Assembly (NCBI GenBank): GCA_045221335.1
Contig: JBGUWS010000014.1
Span: 70,261 to 134,260, forward strand
DNA: 64,000 nt
Reading direction: 5' to 3'
DNA from: Alphaproteobacteria bacterium
GTDB taxonomy: Bacteria; Pseudomonadota; Alphaproteobacteria; RF32; CAG-239
Below, piece after piece: positions 20,921 to 30,884 of this stretch. Every line of letters begins with the position of its first letter. Positions within the stretch are counted from its first letter, which is position 1. The notes beneath the pieces are model-generated. The model made no database searches. It saw nothing but the letters and a program-made list of their open reading frames with translations, and was not told where the DNA came from. Made by a program: the position numbers and the translations under genes.

Positions 20921-22684
20921 GTGTCAATAAAGCCATTTCCAAAAACGGCATTTAAATATCTATTAAACGAATGTATCATGCCATATAAATGGGTGTTTTT
21001 GGTATGTCTTCTGTTAGTATTTGCTGAATCCGGTGTTCAGAATTTACTTAACTGGTTATTTGCACAAGTCATAGACTGCATTAAACAAGGTGTCACACCG
21101 GAGGCTTTGCATCGTGTCTTATGCTTTATTGGCTTGGTTGTTGTGTGCAATTGTATCAATATTTTCCTACCTAAACAGGCTATTATGTATCGGCAAAAAC
21201 ATCTTTATTTTCCGGTTCAAGAACGCATTTACGGGCGTGCACTTTCTTATATTTTCGGGCACTCGGTTAATTATATCATCAATAAGCAGACCGGTACCCT
21301 CCTTGCTAAAACCAATCAGCTTAATTCTCTGCAAGCTATTTTTTCTCTTCTTATTACCCAATTTGGGTGGCAAATAGGTGATATAGGTCTTAAAATTATT
21401 TTACTCTCTATCATTAATTTATGGCTCGGCATTTTATTCATATTGTGTGCCGCACTGGTGGCCTTAGTAAGTTATTATGCCAACAAACCCAGTGACCGCC
21501 TTTCTAACATGAAGGGCAAATCCGAATCTTTATATACTGGCTGGTTGGTAGACACGATCGCCAATATCCGTTTGGTCAAACAATTTAATCATTTAGACTA
21601 TGAAAAAAAGCGCTTATCAACTCTTTTGCAGCAATATATCAAAATCAAAGCAAAAACAATGTTGGTGTGGTTCACCTCCTATACCGGTGTCGGTTGTTTT
21701 ATTCATTTATGTTCAATTATAATGCTGATTTTTTCTGTTTATTTATGGAGTAAATCTTTCATAAATATTGGTGATATTGTGTTTGTTTTATTAACCTTAA
21801 ATGGTGGCTTTATGTGGCTAATGCAATTATGTATAGACTACCGCCATATAAAGAACAATCTATCCTATCTTCAAGCCGGTTTAGAGCCGTTTTATACAGA
21901 GCACGAAATCAAGGATGCCCCCAATGCTAAACCGCTTAAAATTAAAAATGCCGATATCGAATTTAAGAATGTCGGCTTTGCTTACCCTAAGCAAAAGAGA
22001 ATCTTCGATGGCTTTAATCTTAAAATCAAAAATGGTGAAAAAATAGGAATAGTCGGTTTATCCGGTAATGGTAAAACAACACTTATTAATCTGTTACAAC
22101 GCGCTTATGATATAGATGAAGGGCAGATTTTGATTGATGGCCAAGATATCAAAACCGTCACCCAACAAAGCCTGCATCAAAACTTAGCCATCATACCGCA
22201 AGAAACAGTGCTGTTTCATCGCAGCTTAAAAGAAAATATCGGTTATGGACTTAACGTATCGGATAGAAAGATTAAACAAGCCGCAAAAATCGCTTGTGCT
22301 GATGATTTTATCAGAGCAACACCTGACGGGTATGATTCTATGGTCGGAGACAGAGGTTGCAAACTTTCCGGTGGTGAACGGCAACGTATTGCCATAGCTA
22401 GAGCTGTCCTAAGAAAAAGTCCGATTTTGATTTTAGATGAGGCGACATCATCACTTGATAGCCAATCAGAACATATTGTTGCCGAGGCTATTAATAATTT
22501 ACTCGGCAAACAAACAGTTATTGCCATTGCTCATCGTCTTTCTACCCTAAAGAAAATGGATCGAATTATCTATTTGGAACAAGGAAAAGTAGCCGAAGTC
22601 GGTACGTTTGAAGAACTCAAAAAAAAGAAAAACGGCAAATTTGCTAAATTATGGAAACTACAACAGATAGCAAAAAAGGATTAA
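20921..22684 (+). CDS. ABC transporter, fused permease/ATP-binding subunit (exporter type, first of heterodimeric pair)
   Basis: Six-TM N-terminal domain; Walker A GLSGNGKTT, signature LSGGERQRIAIARA, Walker B ILILDEATS. GTG start with an AAAGAGGA RBS. Confidence 0.85.
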   Translation: MSIKPFPKTAFKYLLNECIMPYKWVFLVCLLLVFAESGVQNLLNWLFAQVIDCIKQGVTPEALHRVLCFIGLVVVCNCINIFLPKQAIMYRQKHLYFPVQERIYGRALSYIFGHSVNYIINKQTGTLLAKTNQLNSLQAIFSLLITQFGWQIGDIGLKIILLSIINLWLGILFILCAALVALVSYYANKPSDRLSNMKGKSESLYTGWLVDTIANIRLVKQFNHLDYEKKRLSTLLQQYIKIKAKTMLVWFTSYTGVGCFIHLCSIIMLIFSVYLWSKSFINIGDIVFVLLTLNGGFMWLMQLCIDYRHIKNNLSYLQAGLEPFYTEHEIKDAPNAKPLKIKNADIEFKNVGFAYPKQKRIFDGFNLKIKNGEKIGIVGLSGNGKTTLINLLQRAYDIDEGQILIDGQDIKTVTQQSLHQNLAIIPQETVLFHRSLKENIGYGLNVSDRKIKQAAKIACADDFIRATPDGYDSMVGDRGCKLSGGERQRIAIARAVLRKSPILILDEATSSLDSQSEHIVAEAINNLLGKQTVIAIAHRLSTLKKMDRIIYLEQGKVAEVGTFEELKKKKNGKFAKLWKLQQIAKKD

Positions 22685-22687
22685 GCC

Positions 22688-24466
22688 ATGAAGTTATTTA
22701 AAAATATTCTCCCCATGCGCAAAGTACCAAATCATCCTTTCTTGTTTATTTGGGAAGTTCTATACGGCGCACGCAAATGGGCATTTGTCGGTATCGCTTT
22801 GGCTTTTGGGTTACAATTAATGAAAGTTTTTGTTCCGGTATATTTTTCAAAGATGATTGACTATTTTGCCAAGATTACACCAAAAGAGTTCTCTTGGGCA
22901 AAAATGTGGTGGTTTTTATTAGCCATATTTGTCTCATACATCTGTCAATCTGTATTTAGAATGGTTCGTGAGGTAATAGAAGAAAACAATGTGCGTAACT
23001 TTATGGATGCCAAAATAAAATTGTTTGGCGTAGATTACCTGGCCAAACACTCTGAAAATTATTTCTCTGCGCAAAAAGCCGGCCAACTTTCACAAAAAGT
23101 CATCAGGTGCGCAGGTGACGCCGTTGCGACACATTCAATTATCTCACAATTGTATAGCAATATTTTTCTGATATTGATAAACTTCTTTTATATTGCTCGT
23201 GTTAGTGTCTGGTTTTTATTAATTGTTGTTATCTTTGGCATCGTTTCAGCCTACACTTCTTATAAAGTAAGTTTCAAAATACGCGCCTTATACGAAAAAT
23301 CTGATAATATGTTTGATAATTTTCATGGCATTATTGCAGATAGTATTAGTAACTCCTTAAACATCAAAGCCTCCGGCAGTGAAGAATATGAAATTTCATT
23401 TGTAAAGAAAACTTTTAATCAGTTTAAAGATGCCAGATTAAAATCCATAGATAAATTTCAAAACAGCATTCGTCTACAACAAACCATGGTCTGCTTGTTT
23501 GAAATTAGCGTAATAATGTCGCTTGTCAAATTATGGTATCAAACAAAAATCAGCATCGGTGATGTTACTTTGGTTTTATTGTTGATGAGTACAATCATAT
23601 CCTGTTTTACCCGTATTTTAGAAAATGTTTCCGTGCTCAATCATCTGTTCGGTTCTCTGCAGGCAGCACTGACACCATTTATTATTAAACATGAAATTAT
23701 TGATGTTCCAGATGCTAAAAAACTAAAAATCAGTGGTGGTGAAATAGAATTTAAAAACGTTCAATTCAGTTATAGTAAAAAGAAAGTATTTGATAAGCTG
23801 TCATTAAAAATCAAACCCAGAGAAAAAATAGGTATTGTTGGTATCTCTGGTAGCGGTAAAAGTACATTGATTAATCTGTTGCAACGTGCTTATGATATTC
23901 AATCTGGTGAAATTTTAATAGACGGGCAAAACATTGCTACAGTCAAACAAGATAGTTTGCATGATGCAATTGCCCTTATTCCGCAGGATACATCGCTCTT
24001 TCATCGAACCATCAGCCAAAATATTGCTTATGGCAAAATAAACGCCAAACAAAGCGAGATTGAAAGTGTGGCAAAAAAGGCTCACGCTGATGAATTTATT
24101 AAAGATTTGCCGAAAGATTATCAAACCAAAGTTGGTGAAAAAGGCGTTAAATTATCGGGCGGGCAAAGACAACGTGTGGCGATTGCGCGGGCAATTCTAA
24201 AAAACAGCCCGATATTGATTTTAGATGAGGCAACTTCCGCTCTTGACAGCAAGACCGAAAAATATATTCAACAAGCGATGCAAAACCTCATGAAAAACAA
24301 AACCGTTATTGCCATTGCGCACCGCTTATCAACCCTAAAGGAAATGGATAGAATAATTGTTCTGGATAAAGGTAAAATCATTGAGCAGGGAAAAATTGAA
24401 GATCTGCTCAAATCCAACGGAAAATTCCAGCACTTATGGGAAATACAAAATAAGGTAGATAAATAA
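22688..24466 (+). CDS. ABC transporter, fused permease/ATP-binding subunit (second of heterodimeric pair)
   Basis: Walker A GISGSGKST, signature LSGGQRQRVAIARA, Walker B ILILDEATS. Starts 4 nt after the upstream stop. Confidence 0.85.
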   Translation: MKLFKNILPMRKVPNHPFLFIWEVLYGARKWAFVGIALAFGLQLMKVFVPVYFSKMIDYFAKITPKEFSWAKMWWFLLAIFVSYICQSVFRMVREVIEENNVRNFMDAKIKLFGVDYLAKHSENYFSAQKAGQLSQKVIRCAGDAVATHSIISQLYSNIFLILINFFYIARVSVWFLLIVVIFGIVSAYTSYKVSFKIRALYEKSDNMFDNFHGIIADSISNSLNIKASGSEEYEISFVKKTFNQFKDARLKSIDKFQNSIRLQQTMVCLFEISVIMSLVKLWYQTKISIGDVTLVLLLMSTIISCFTRILENVSVLNHLFGSLQAALTPFIIKHEIIDVPDAKKLKISGGEIEFKNVQFSYSKKKVFDKLSLKIKPREKIGIVGISGSGKSTLINLLQRAYDIQSGEILIDGQNIATVKQDSLHDAIALIPQDTSLFHRTISQNIAYGKINAKQSEIESVAKKAHADEFIKDLPKDYQTKVGEKGVKLSGGQRQRVAIARAILKNSPILILDEATSALDSKTEKYIQQAMQNLMKNKTVIAIAHRLSTLKEMDRIIVLDKGKIIEQGKIEDLLKSNGKFQHLWEIQNKVDK

Positions 24467-24495
24467 AACACACCCCAGAAACGCATTACATAAAG

Positions 24496-25830
24496 TTATC
24501 TTCTCTGTAAAAATCTGTCATAAACCAGTATGATCAAAAGAGAAAGCAACGGACTTGCTACAATACATATTAATCCGTAAAAAGGGTAGGCTACTAATGT
24601 TGCAACCATCGGCAAAATCAGTGCTAAAAAGGCCCCCTGATCTGAAAGTTTTTTCCCATATATACCAAATAATATGGTTGCCAAAGGAATTAGGCTCCAG
24701 GCGACAGAAAAATATCCTAAAGTTGCTACCGAAGGAAAAATTAAGACAATCGCAAATGTAACAAGGGTAAATAATAGCGTAACACCCCGGGCAAGCCAAA
24801 TTTTATTTTCATTATTTAATAAATTATGAGAAATCAGAGCAGAACCGGATACAGATAAGCTATCAAGAGTGGACATGGTCAGAGCCAAAATCATCGCTAA
24901 TCCCAAACTTCCCAACCCCCATGGCATCTTAGAAATAAGTGTAAATAAAGCCATATCAGGTATTTCAATTCCCTTGAGTTGATAAAAAGCATAAACTCCC
25001 AAAAATACCATTAAGGCTTGAATTAAGAATACAATGCCTGCCGTCCAAAAACAAGCGGTACGCGCTATTTTTTCATTTTTGGCAGATAAAACCCTTTGCC
25101 AATCATAGGCGTTTATAATTTTATAAGGAAGAATGCCACACATCATCAGCAAAATCATAGGTAAATTACTCTGATTAAAAGGCATCAGCATTTTTTTTGG
25201 TGTTGCTTCAAGAACGGTAACAAAACTGGTGTCTACCAATAAAAATATGGCAAGTAAAACAAATGTCAAAATAATAAAGCCAAATTGTATGGCATCAGTG
25301 ATGATATCTGTTTTTAATCCGCCTATGATAGAATAAGCTGCAGCAATGGCAAATAGCAAAACGGCAGCAGCAAAATAGCTCATTCCAAATAATGATGACA
25401 ACAGGTAAGATGCCGCAACAACCTGCATTCCAATTCCTATAGCAAGAAAACTCAGTTGAAAAAAGACTATTAATATTTTGTTTTTATTACCAAAACGATG
25501 ACCGTAAAAATCTGCAATGGTTGTAGCGTTAAATTTATCTCCCATGGCACGAATTTTTGGCGCTAGAATACCCAAAAAAACAAGAGATAAGGGAAATCCC
25601 AACATCATAACAAGACCGGTCAATAAAGATCCTTTAACCGCTTCAGAAACAACAAAAACCGTCGCCGGGGCACCAAGAAAAGTCGCTGTACCGGAAAGTA
25701 TCAGCATCAAAAGGGACGTCTTTCTATCGTTTAGGACATAGCTTTTTACCGTTTGTCCGCGACTAACCCAAAAAGTAATGCCGAATATTAATCCTAAATA
25801 CAAACTCAAAATCAGTGCGCTCATTATCAT
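24496..25830 (-). CDS. Sodium:solute symporter family transporter
   Basis: About 12 TM helices; SSF-like GGLKTDIITDAIQ segment; 444 aa. Confidence 0.55.
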   Translation of the reverse strand: MIMSALILSLYLGLIFGITFWVSRGQTVKSYVLNDRKTSLLMLILSGTATFLGAPATVFVVSEAVKGSLLTGLVMMLGFPLSLVFLGILAPKIRAMGDKFNATTIADFYGHRFGNKNKILIVFFQLSFLAIGIGMQVVAASYLLSSLFGMSYFAAAVLLFAIAAAYSIIGGLKTDIITDAIQFGFIILTFVLLAIFLLVDTSFVTVLEATPKKMLMPFNQSNLPMILLMMCGILPYKIINAYDWQRVLSAKNEKIARTACFWTAGIVFLIQALMVFLGVYAFYQLKGIEIPDMALFTLISKMPWGLGSLGLAMILALTMSTLDSLSVSGSALISHNLLNNENKIWLARGVTLLFTLVTFAIVLIFPSVATLGYFSVAWSLIPLATILFGIYGKKLSDQGAFLALILPMVATLVAYPFYGLICIVASPLLSLLIILVYDRFLQRR

Positions 25831-26017
25831 CTCCCTTGTTTAAACTTATTAGATGTTGAATAGGAGAATAAAACAAACACAAAAAGGAAATACTAACAAT
25901 ATTTTTTGTAAAACTGTTTTGCTTAAAAGATTTTTATTATCGTTTCTGATAATTTTTAGACCGTTATCAAAATAGACTTGCAACTTCTTAGTCGGCTTAA
26001 AAATATCCTAAAAAAAC

Positions 26018-26046
26018 TTGACGTTTATAAAACATTTGAATATAAA
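26018..26046 (+). promoter_or_regulatory. Candidate promoter TTGACG-17-TATAAA upstream of the GT2 gene
   Basis: Read directly: -35 at 26018-26023 and -10 at 26041-26046. Confidence 0.3.
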
Positions 26047-26145
26047 CAACACAGGTAGGTGTTATATCAAAAAGCAATAAACTGTTTATCGTAAGGGTAG
26101 TTAATTTGTTTTTGTTTCAAATTTGCTTTTAAGGGGAGCCAGCAA

Positions 26146-27087
26146 ATGTCTAACAATCCTGATTTATCAATTATCGTTCCAATGTATAATGAGCATGAGG
26201 TTATAGATATTTTTTTCAAAGAAATTAGAGCAATTATGAAGAAAATTCCGCAGTACAGTTATGAGATTGTCTGCATAAATGATGGTAGCAAAGATAATAC
26301 ATTAGAAATTCTAAAAAAATATGCTAAAAAGGATAAAAGAGTAAAAATCATCAGTTTCTCCAGAAATTTCCATAAAGAGCAAGCTCTTTTTGCAGGTCTA
26401 GAGAATTGTACTGGAAATGCGGCTATTCCGATAGATGTTGATTTACAAGATCCTCCAGAGGTTATACTAAAATTTGTAAAAAAATGGAAAGAAGGATATG
26501 ATATTGTTTATGGCGTCCGCTCCGAAAGAAATAATGATGGTATGATTAAAAGATTTACAGCCTTAGCTTTTTACAAAATCTACAATTTTATTGCAGATTC
26601 TCCTGTGCCTTATAATACCGGAGATTTCAGATTAATCAATCGTAAGGTCATTGATGCTATCAAAAACATTAAAGAAAAGAAATTATTTATGAAAGGAATT
26701 TTCAATTGGGTCGGATTTAAATCCATAGGTGTTCCCTATAAGAGGCCAGAAAGAGCCGCCGGTAAAACTAAGTGGAACTATTGGAAATTGTGGAATTTCG
26801 CTCTGGATGGCATAACAGCATCAACAACTTTTCCTTTAAGAATATGGACATATGTCGGTGGAACCATTGCCGGAATTTCTTTTTTGTATGCTCTTTACAT
26901 TATTTTAAGAACCATCATTAAAGGTGTAGCTGTTCCGGGATACGCCTCATTGTTAGTTTGTGTTTTATTTTTTGGCGGAATACAACTTCTTGTACTTGGT
27001 ATATTCGGTGAGTATATAGGTCGTATATTTACGGAAGTCAAAAACAGGCCACTTTATATCATTGATGAAAAAATTAATTTTGACTAA
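26146..27087 (+). CDS. GT2 family polyprenyl-phosphate glycosyltransferase (GtrB/ArnC/DPM1-like)
   Basis: N-terminal GT-A domain (IIVPMYNE, DGSKDNT, DVDLQD = DxD) and two C-terminal TM helices; 313 aa. Confidence 0.8.
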   Translation: MSNNPDLSIIVPMYNEHEVIDIFFKEIRAIMKKIPQYSYEIVCINDGSKDNTLEILKKYAKKDKRVKIISFSRNFHKEQALFAGLENCTGNAAIPIDVDLQDPPEVILKFVKKWKEGYDIVYGVRSERNNDGMIKRFTALAFYKIYNFIADSPVPYNTGDFRLINRKVIDAIKNIKEKKLFMKGIFNWVGFKSIGVPYKRPERAAGKTKWNYWKLWNFALDGITASTTFPLRIWTYVGGTIAGISFLYALYIILRTIIKGVAVPGYASLLVCVLFFGGIQLLVLGIFGEYIGRIFTEVKNRPLYIIDEKINFD

Positions 27088-27261
27088 AAGGGTATTGTAT
27101 CAAAAAAATAAGCTCTTTTTTCATTAATTTGGAAAACGCGCCCATTTTTTTTAGAAAATCGAAAACAATAAAAGTGTAACCCTTAAATTATAAAATTATT
27201 AATATTTTTTTTTATCATACAATCAGTTTTGGTAAATAATTTTATAGAAAGGGCCAGCAAT

Positions 27262-27579
27262 ATGGATAATGAGAATAAGGGACTTAAAATAGAACAAACA
27301 AGAGAAGGTTATATGTTAACATGCAAGTTGACAGGATGGCTTGATCCGAATACTTCTCCTGATTTAGTATCAAAGTTAGACTTAAAGGATATAAATATAC
27401 TGGTTTTTGATATGAAAGATGTTGAATACGTGTTTTCATCAGGTATTCGTGCATTTTTAATGTTGCAAAAGATGTTGGAACCTGTCAATGGAACAGTCAA
27501 ATTAATCAACATTTCGGATGATATCCGTAATATTTTTGAATATGCCGGTTTAGAAAGTATGTTAGACATTAAAGCATGA
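27262..27579 (+). CDS. STAS-domain anti-sigma-factor antagonist (HsbA/RsbV/SpoIIAA-like)
   Basis: STAS fold with the conserved phospho-serine context VFSSGIRAFL. ATG at 27262 chosen (GAAAGGG RBS); the ORF track begins at TTG 27229. Its stop overlaps the next gene's start (ATGA). Confidence 0.7.
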   Translation: MDNENKGLKIEQTREGYMLTCKLTGWLDPNTSPDLVSKLDLKDINILVFDMKDVEYVFSSGIRAFLMLQKMLEPVNGTVKLINISDDIRNIFEYAGLESMLDIKA

Positions 27580-29933
27580 TGAAATCTTTCAAATTTTGGA
27601 TAAGTAAACACTCTCTCAAATTTAAGCTAAACGCTGGTATTTTAACATTTATCTGTGTAGCTTTTTTGAGCTTGGCTATATTTATTTCAAAATATTCGGC
27701 ACCAATTCTTAAAGCTCAATTAGATGATAATGCTCAAAAGTCAATTGAAACTTATGTGGCAGATTTTACCCATTTGACTGTGCTGGCAGAACGAGTGATA
27801 TTAAACACAAAAAACACACTCAGTCAGATGTCTGAAGATAATATTAATGCCATCAGGATGCTGTTAAATTCCGCCATAAAAACAGTTATTCATACGGATT
27901 TAGATTTTACGAATGCCTGGCTGTATGTTTTTAATCCTGAAGATGTATCTTCCGGGGATTTATATATCAGTACAGATTATGATGAAGATAATGTCATCGA
28001 CTTTAATGTGGAACATATTAGTAATCTATATGACAGATTTCCATGGTTTAAGGAAGTTCCCAAAAAAGAAGATATTTATTGGTCTGAACCATACTTAGAT
28101 ACCAAAACAAATAAAACGGTTTTTACATGTCTCATACCATTTAAGTTTATCAAACAGACAGATTTTAACGGATTGCTTGCTCTAACAATTGACTTAACTG
28201 ATATCCAAGAAAGTATTAATAATTTCTCATTTTATGAAACCGGAAAATTGATTTTGCTATCAAGAACCGGGTTATACGTAACTTATCCGGATCCTGATGT
28301 GGCCCTGAAACTAACTATTTTTGAATTGGCTGATAAACTTAACGAACCAAAATTAAATTTTATCGGTCAAGAACTTTTAGCCGGACGCGGTGGTCAGGTT
28401 ATCCTTCCAAAGGTTCCCGTTTTCAAAAACTCTCCGGCGGTTTTCTTCTATGCGCCGATAAAAAACTTAGGTTGGGGTTTTGGGCTTGTATATGCTCAAC
28501 ATGAATTTCTAAAGCCGATAAGGCAATTTCAAATCATTATTGCTATTGCTTTACTGGTGAGTGTGCTCTTGTTGATGCTGTTGATCAATTGGATTTGTCA
28601 TTATTCTACCAAACAATTGCTGACACTAAGTCATATTGCTGCACAATATGGTCGTGGAAATTTTGCGCAGAATTTTAAGTTCATACCGGATTCATCTGAT
28701 ATAGGAACTCTTGCTAAGGCGTTATCAAACATGCGGACAAACTTGCTTAATTACCTTGATAAAGAAAGGAAAGCCGCCTCAGAGGAACAAAAAAATCAAA
28801 GTGAATTAGATATTGCAAGACACATTCAAAAATCAGCTTTATCGACAACATATCCAGAAAATTCCGCCTTTAAGATTGCTACCACCATGATACCTGCCAG
28901 ACAAGTTGGGGGAGATTTTTATGATTTCTTCTTTGTTGATGAAAACAAATTTGCGATTGTCATTGCAGATGTCTCCGGCAAAGGAATACCTGCCGCATTA
29001 TATATGATGAAAGCCATTACACTAATAAAAAACATGAGCCGAAGTAAGCGGAGCTTAGATTTTATATTTCAATGTATTAACGAGCAGCTGTGTGAAGGAA
29101 ACGATACCTGCATGTTCGTAACAGCTTTTATGGCATTTATAGATTTGACAAATGGCGAAACAACATATGTTAATGCCGGTCACAATCCGCCGCTTATAGG
29201 TAATAAAGATGGCTATAAATTTATGACCCCAAAAAAGAACATTGTTTTGGGTATTAACCCTAAGGCGACTTTTGTAGAAGAAAAAATCAATTTAAGATTA
29301 GGTGATCATCTGTTTTTATACACCGATGGAGTAACGGAAGCCGAAAATAAATCTTGCAAATTTTATGGGGAAAATCGATTATTAAAAATTTTTGATAAAG
29401 CACATGATAAACCTCAAGATAATATTAATATGGTCCTAAAAAGTATTCAAAAATTTGTAAAAGAAAATCCTCAATCAGATGATATTACCATGCTTGATTT
29501 TGCTTTCTTCGGGCAAAAAGAAAATTTGCTAGAAATCGTCGCCACGATGAATAAATTAGGAAAAGTAGTAACTTGGCTGAAAAATGATATGATTAAACAT
29601 AATGTTTCTGCTAAAGCGCAATTTAATATGATAATGGCCGCTGAAGAAATATTCTCAAATATAGTGTTTTATGCATACCCCAAAAATGAAGAGGGAACTG
29701 TTAAAATTAAAACAGAGCTGAATGATAATATATATTCAGCAACTTTTATGGATAATGGAAAGAAATATAATCCGCTAAAAAATAAAGCTCCGGATACAAA
29801 GGCTGACATAAAAGACAGAAGTATTGGTGGATTAGGCGTGTTCTTAGCTAAGAAAGTTTCAGATACAATAACATATGCATACAAAGATGGATATAATATC
29901 CTAAAGATTGGTGTATATGCCGATAAAAAATGA
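27576..29933 (+). CDS. Membrane sensor: periplasmic Cache-like domain, HAMP, PP2C (SpoIIE/RsbU-type) phosphatase and C-terminal RsbW-type HATPase_c kinase (HsbR-like bifunctional partner-switch enzyme)
   Basis: Two TM helices flank a ~280-aa extracytoplasmic domain. PP2C motifs GGDFYDFFFVDENKFAIVIADVSGKGIPAALYM and YTDGVTEA. C-terminal anti-sigma-kinase-like ATPase (NMIMAAEEIFSNIV..., GGLGVFLAKK). Confidence 0.7.
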   Translation: MMKSFKFWISKHSLKFKLNAGILTFICVAFLSLAIFISKYSAPILKAQLDDNAQKSIETYVADFTHLTVLAERVILNTKNTLSQMSEDNINAIRMLLNSAIKTVIHTDLDFTNAWLYVFNPEDVSSGDLYISTDYDEDNVIDFNVEHISNLYDRFPWFKEVPKKEDIYWSEPYLDTKTNKTVFTCLIPFKFIKQTDFNGLLALTIDLTDIQESINNFSFYETGKLILLSRTGLYVTYPDPDVALKLTIFELADKLNEPKLNFIGQELLAGRGGQVILPKVPVFKNSPAVFFYAPIKNLGWGFGLVYAQHEFLKPIRQFQIIIAIALLVSVLLLMLLINWICHYSTKQLLTLSHIAAQYGRGNFAQNFKFIPDSSDIGTLAKALSNMRTNLLNYLDKERKAASEEQKNQSELDIARHIQKSALSTTYPENSAFKIATTMIPARQVGGDFYDFFFVDENKFAIVIADVSGKGIPAALYMMKAITLIKNMSRSKRSLDFIFQCINEQLCEGNDTCMFVTAFMAFIDLTNGETTYVNAGHNPPLIGNKDGYKFMTPKKNIVLGINPKATFVEEKINLRLGDHLFLYTDGVTEAENKSCKFYGENRLLKIFDKAHDKPQDNINMVLKSIQKFVKENPQSDDITMLDFAFFGQKENLLEIVATMNKLGKVVTWLKNDMIKHNVSAKAQFNMIMAAEEIFSNIVFYAYPKNEEGTVKIKTELNDNIYSATFMDNGKKYNPLKNKAPDTKADIKDRSIGGLGVFLAKKVSDTITYAYKDGYNILKIGVYADKK

Positions 29934-30092
29934 TAGAGATTATTAAAGCTTGATTTTAAATAAAAATTACCATCTCTAATGTTTTTTGGTCTTTGGCCAA
30001 ATTAAGTCAGCGCATTAGAAATAAATTTCTGATTGCAATTCAAATAAAAAAGAGATAGGCTAAACCCACTAATGAAATTTGAGGGAAGTAAA

Positions 30093-30857
30093 ATGAAGCC
30101 TTACGAAGTAGCCTTACATAAATTTTTAGAACGTTACATTCATAAACCATGGTTTGAAGGAGCATTGCTTTGTGGCTCATATTCTTCCGGCAATGAGAAT
30201 AAATTTTCAGATATTGATGTGGTTATTGTTGCATCAAATGATCTTGGCTGGCAGGAAAAGTCAAATTGCTATGTTGATGGATTTTTAATGGAGTATACCA
30301 TAAATCCCATATACAAAATTGAAGAATTTATGCAATCAGGAATAGAGTATCGTTGTCTAACCGATCAGAATATGTTCGCCTATGGCGTTATCTTACATGA
30401 CAAACATGGTGTTATGAAAAAATTGCGGCAAAGATCTTTTCGTGATTTAAACAAAAAAATAAAACCCTTTTCCAAATACTCTAATGACTTTAAGAAATAT
30501 TATTTATGGGATAAATATGACGAGTTGCAATCACTAAAACATGACGGCTATCATACCGATTTGATTTATTGGAAACTAATCAATGATTTAATAGAAACAT
30601 ATTATGACTTTAAGTGTCTGCCGCATGTACCTCTATCCAAAATAGAAAAGATCCTGACCAACAAAGATTTTGCTAGAAGGTATCACGTAACACAGCTACC
30701 GGATAAGAAATTTAATGAATTACTAATGTCCTGTTTTAATGCTGATAAAAAAGAACAAATCAAAGTGGCACAAAAGTTATATGATTATGTTATGAAAGCA
30801 GGTGGCGGTTTTGATATAGGTCAATTTGTCGGCCGCAGAAAGGTAGAGAAAAAATAA
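30093..30857 (+). CDS. Polymerase-beta-type nucleotidyltransferase, aminoglycoside/lincosamide adenylyltransferase-like (ANT/Lnu-like)
   Basis: NTase motif GSYSSGNENKFSDIDVVIV (GS...DxD) at the N terminus plus a ~150-aa helical C-domain, a layout like KNTase/Lnu. Start chosen at 30093 (GAGGGAAG RBS). Substrate unknown. Confidence 0.45.
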   Translation: MKPYEVALHKFLERYIHKPWFEGALLCGSYSSGNENKFSDIDVVIVASNDLGWQEKSNCYVDGFLMEYTINPIYKIEEFMQSGIEYRCLTDQNMFAYGVILHDKHGVMKKLRQRSFRDLNKKIKPFSKYSNDFKKYYLWDKYDELQSLKHDGYHTDLIYWKLINDLIETYYDFKCLPHVPLSKIEKILTNKDFARRYHVTQLPDKKFNELLMSCFNADKKEQIKVAQKLYDYVMKAGGGFDIGQFVGRRKVEKK

Positions 30858-30884
30858 CTAGAAAACTCAGATAACAAGATTTAC

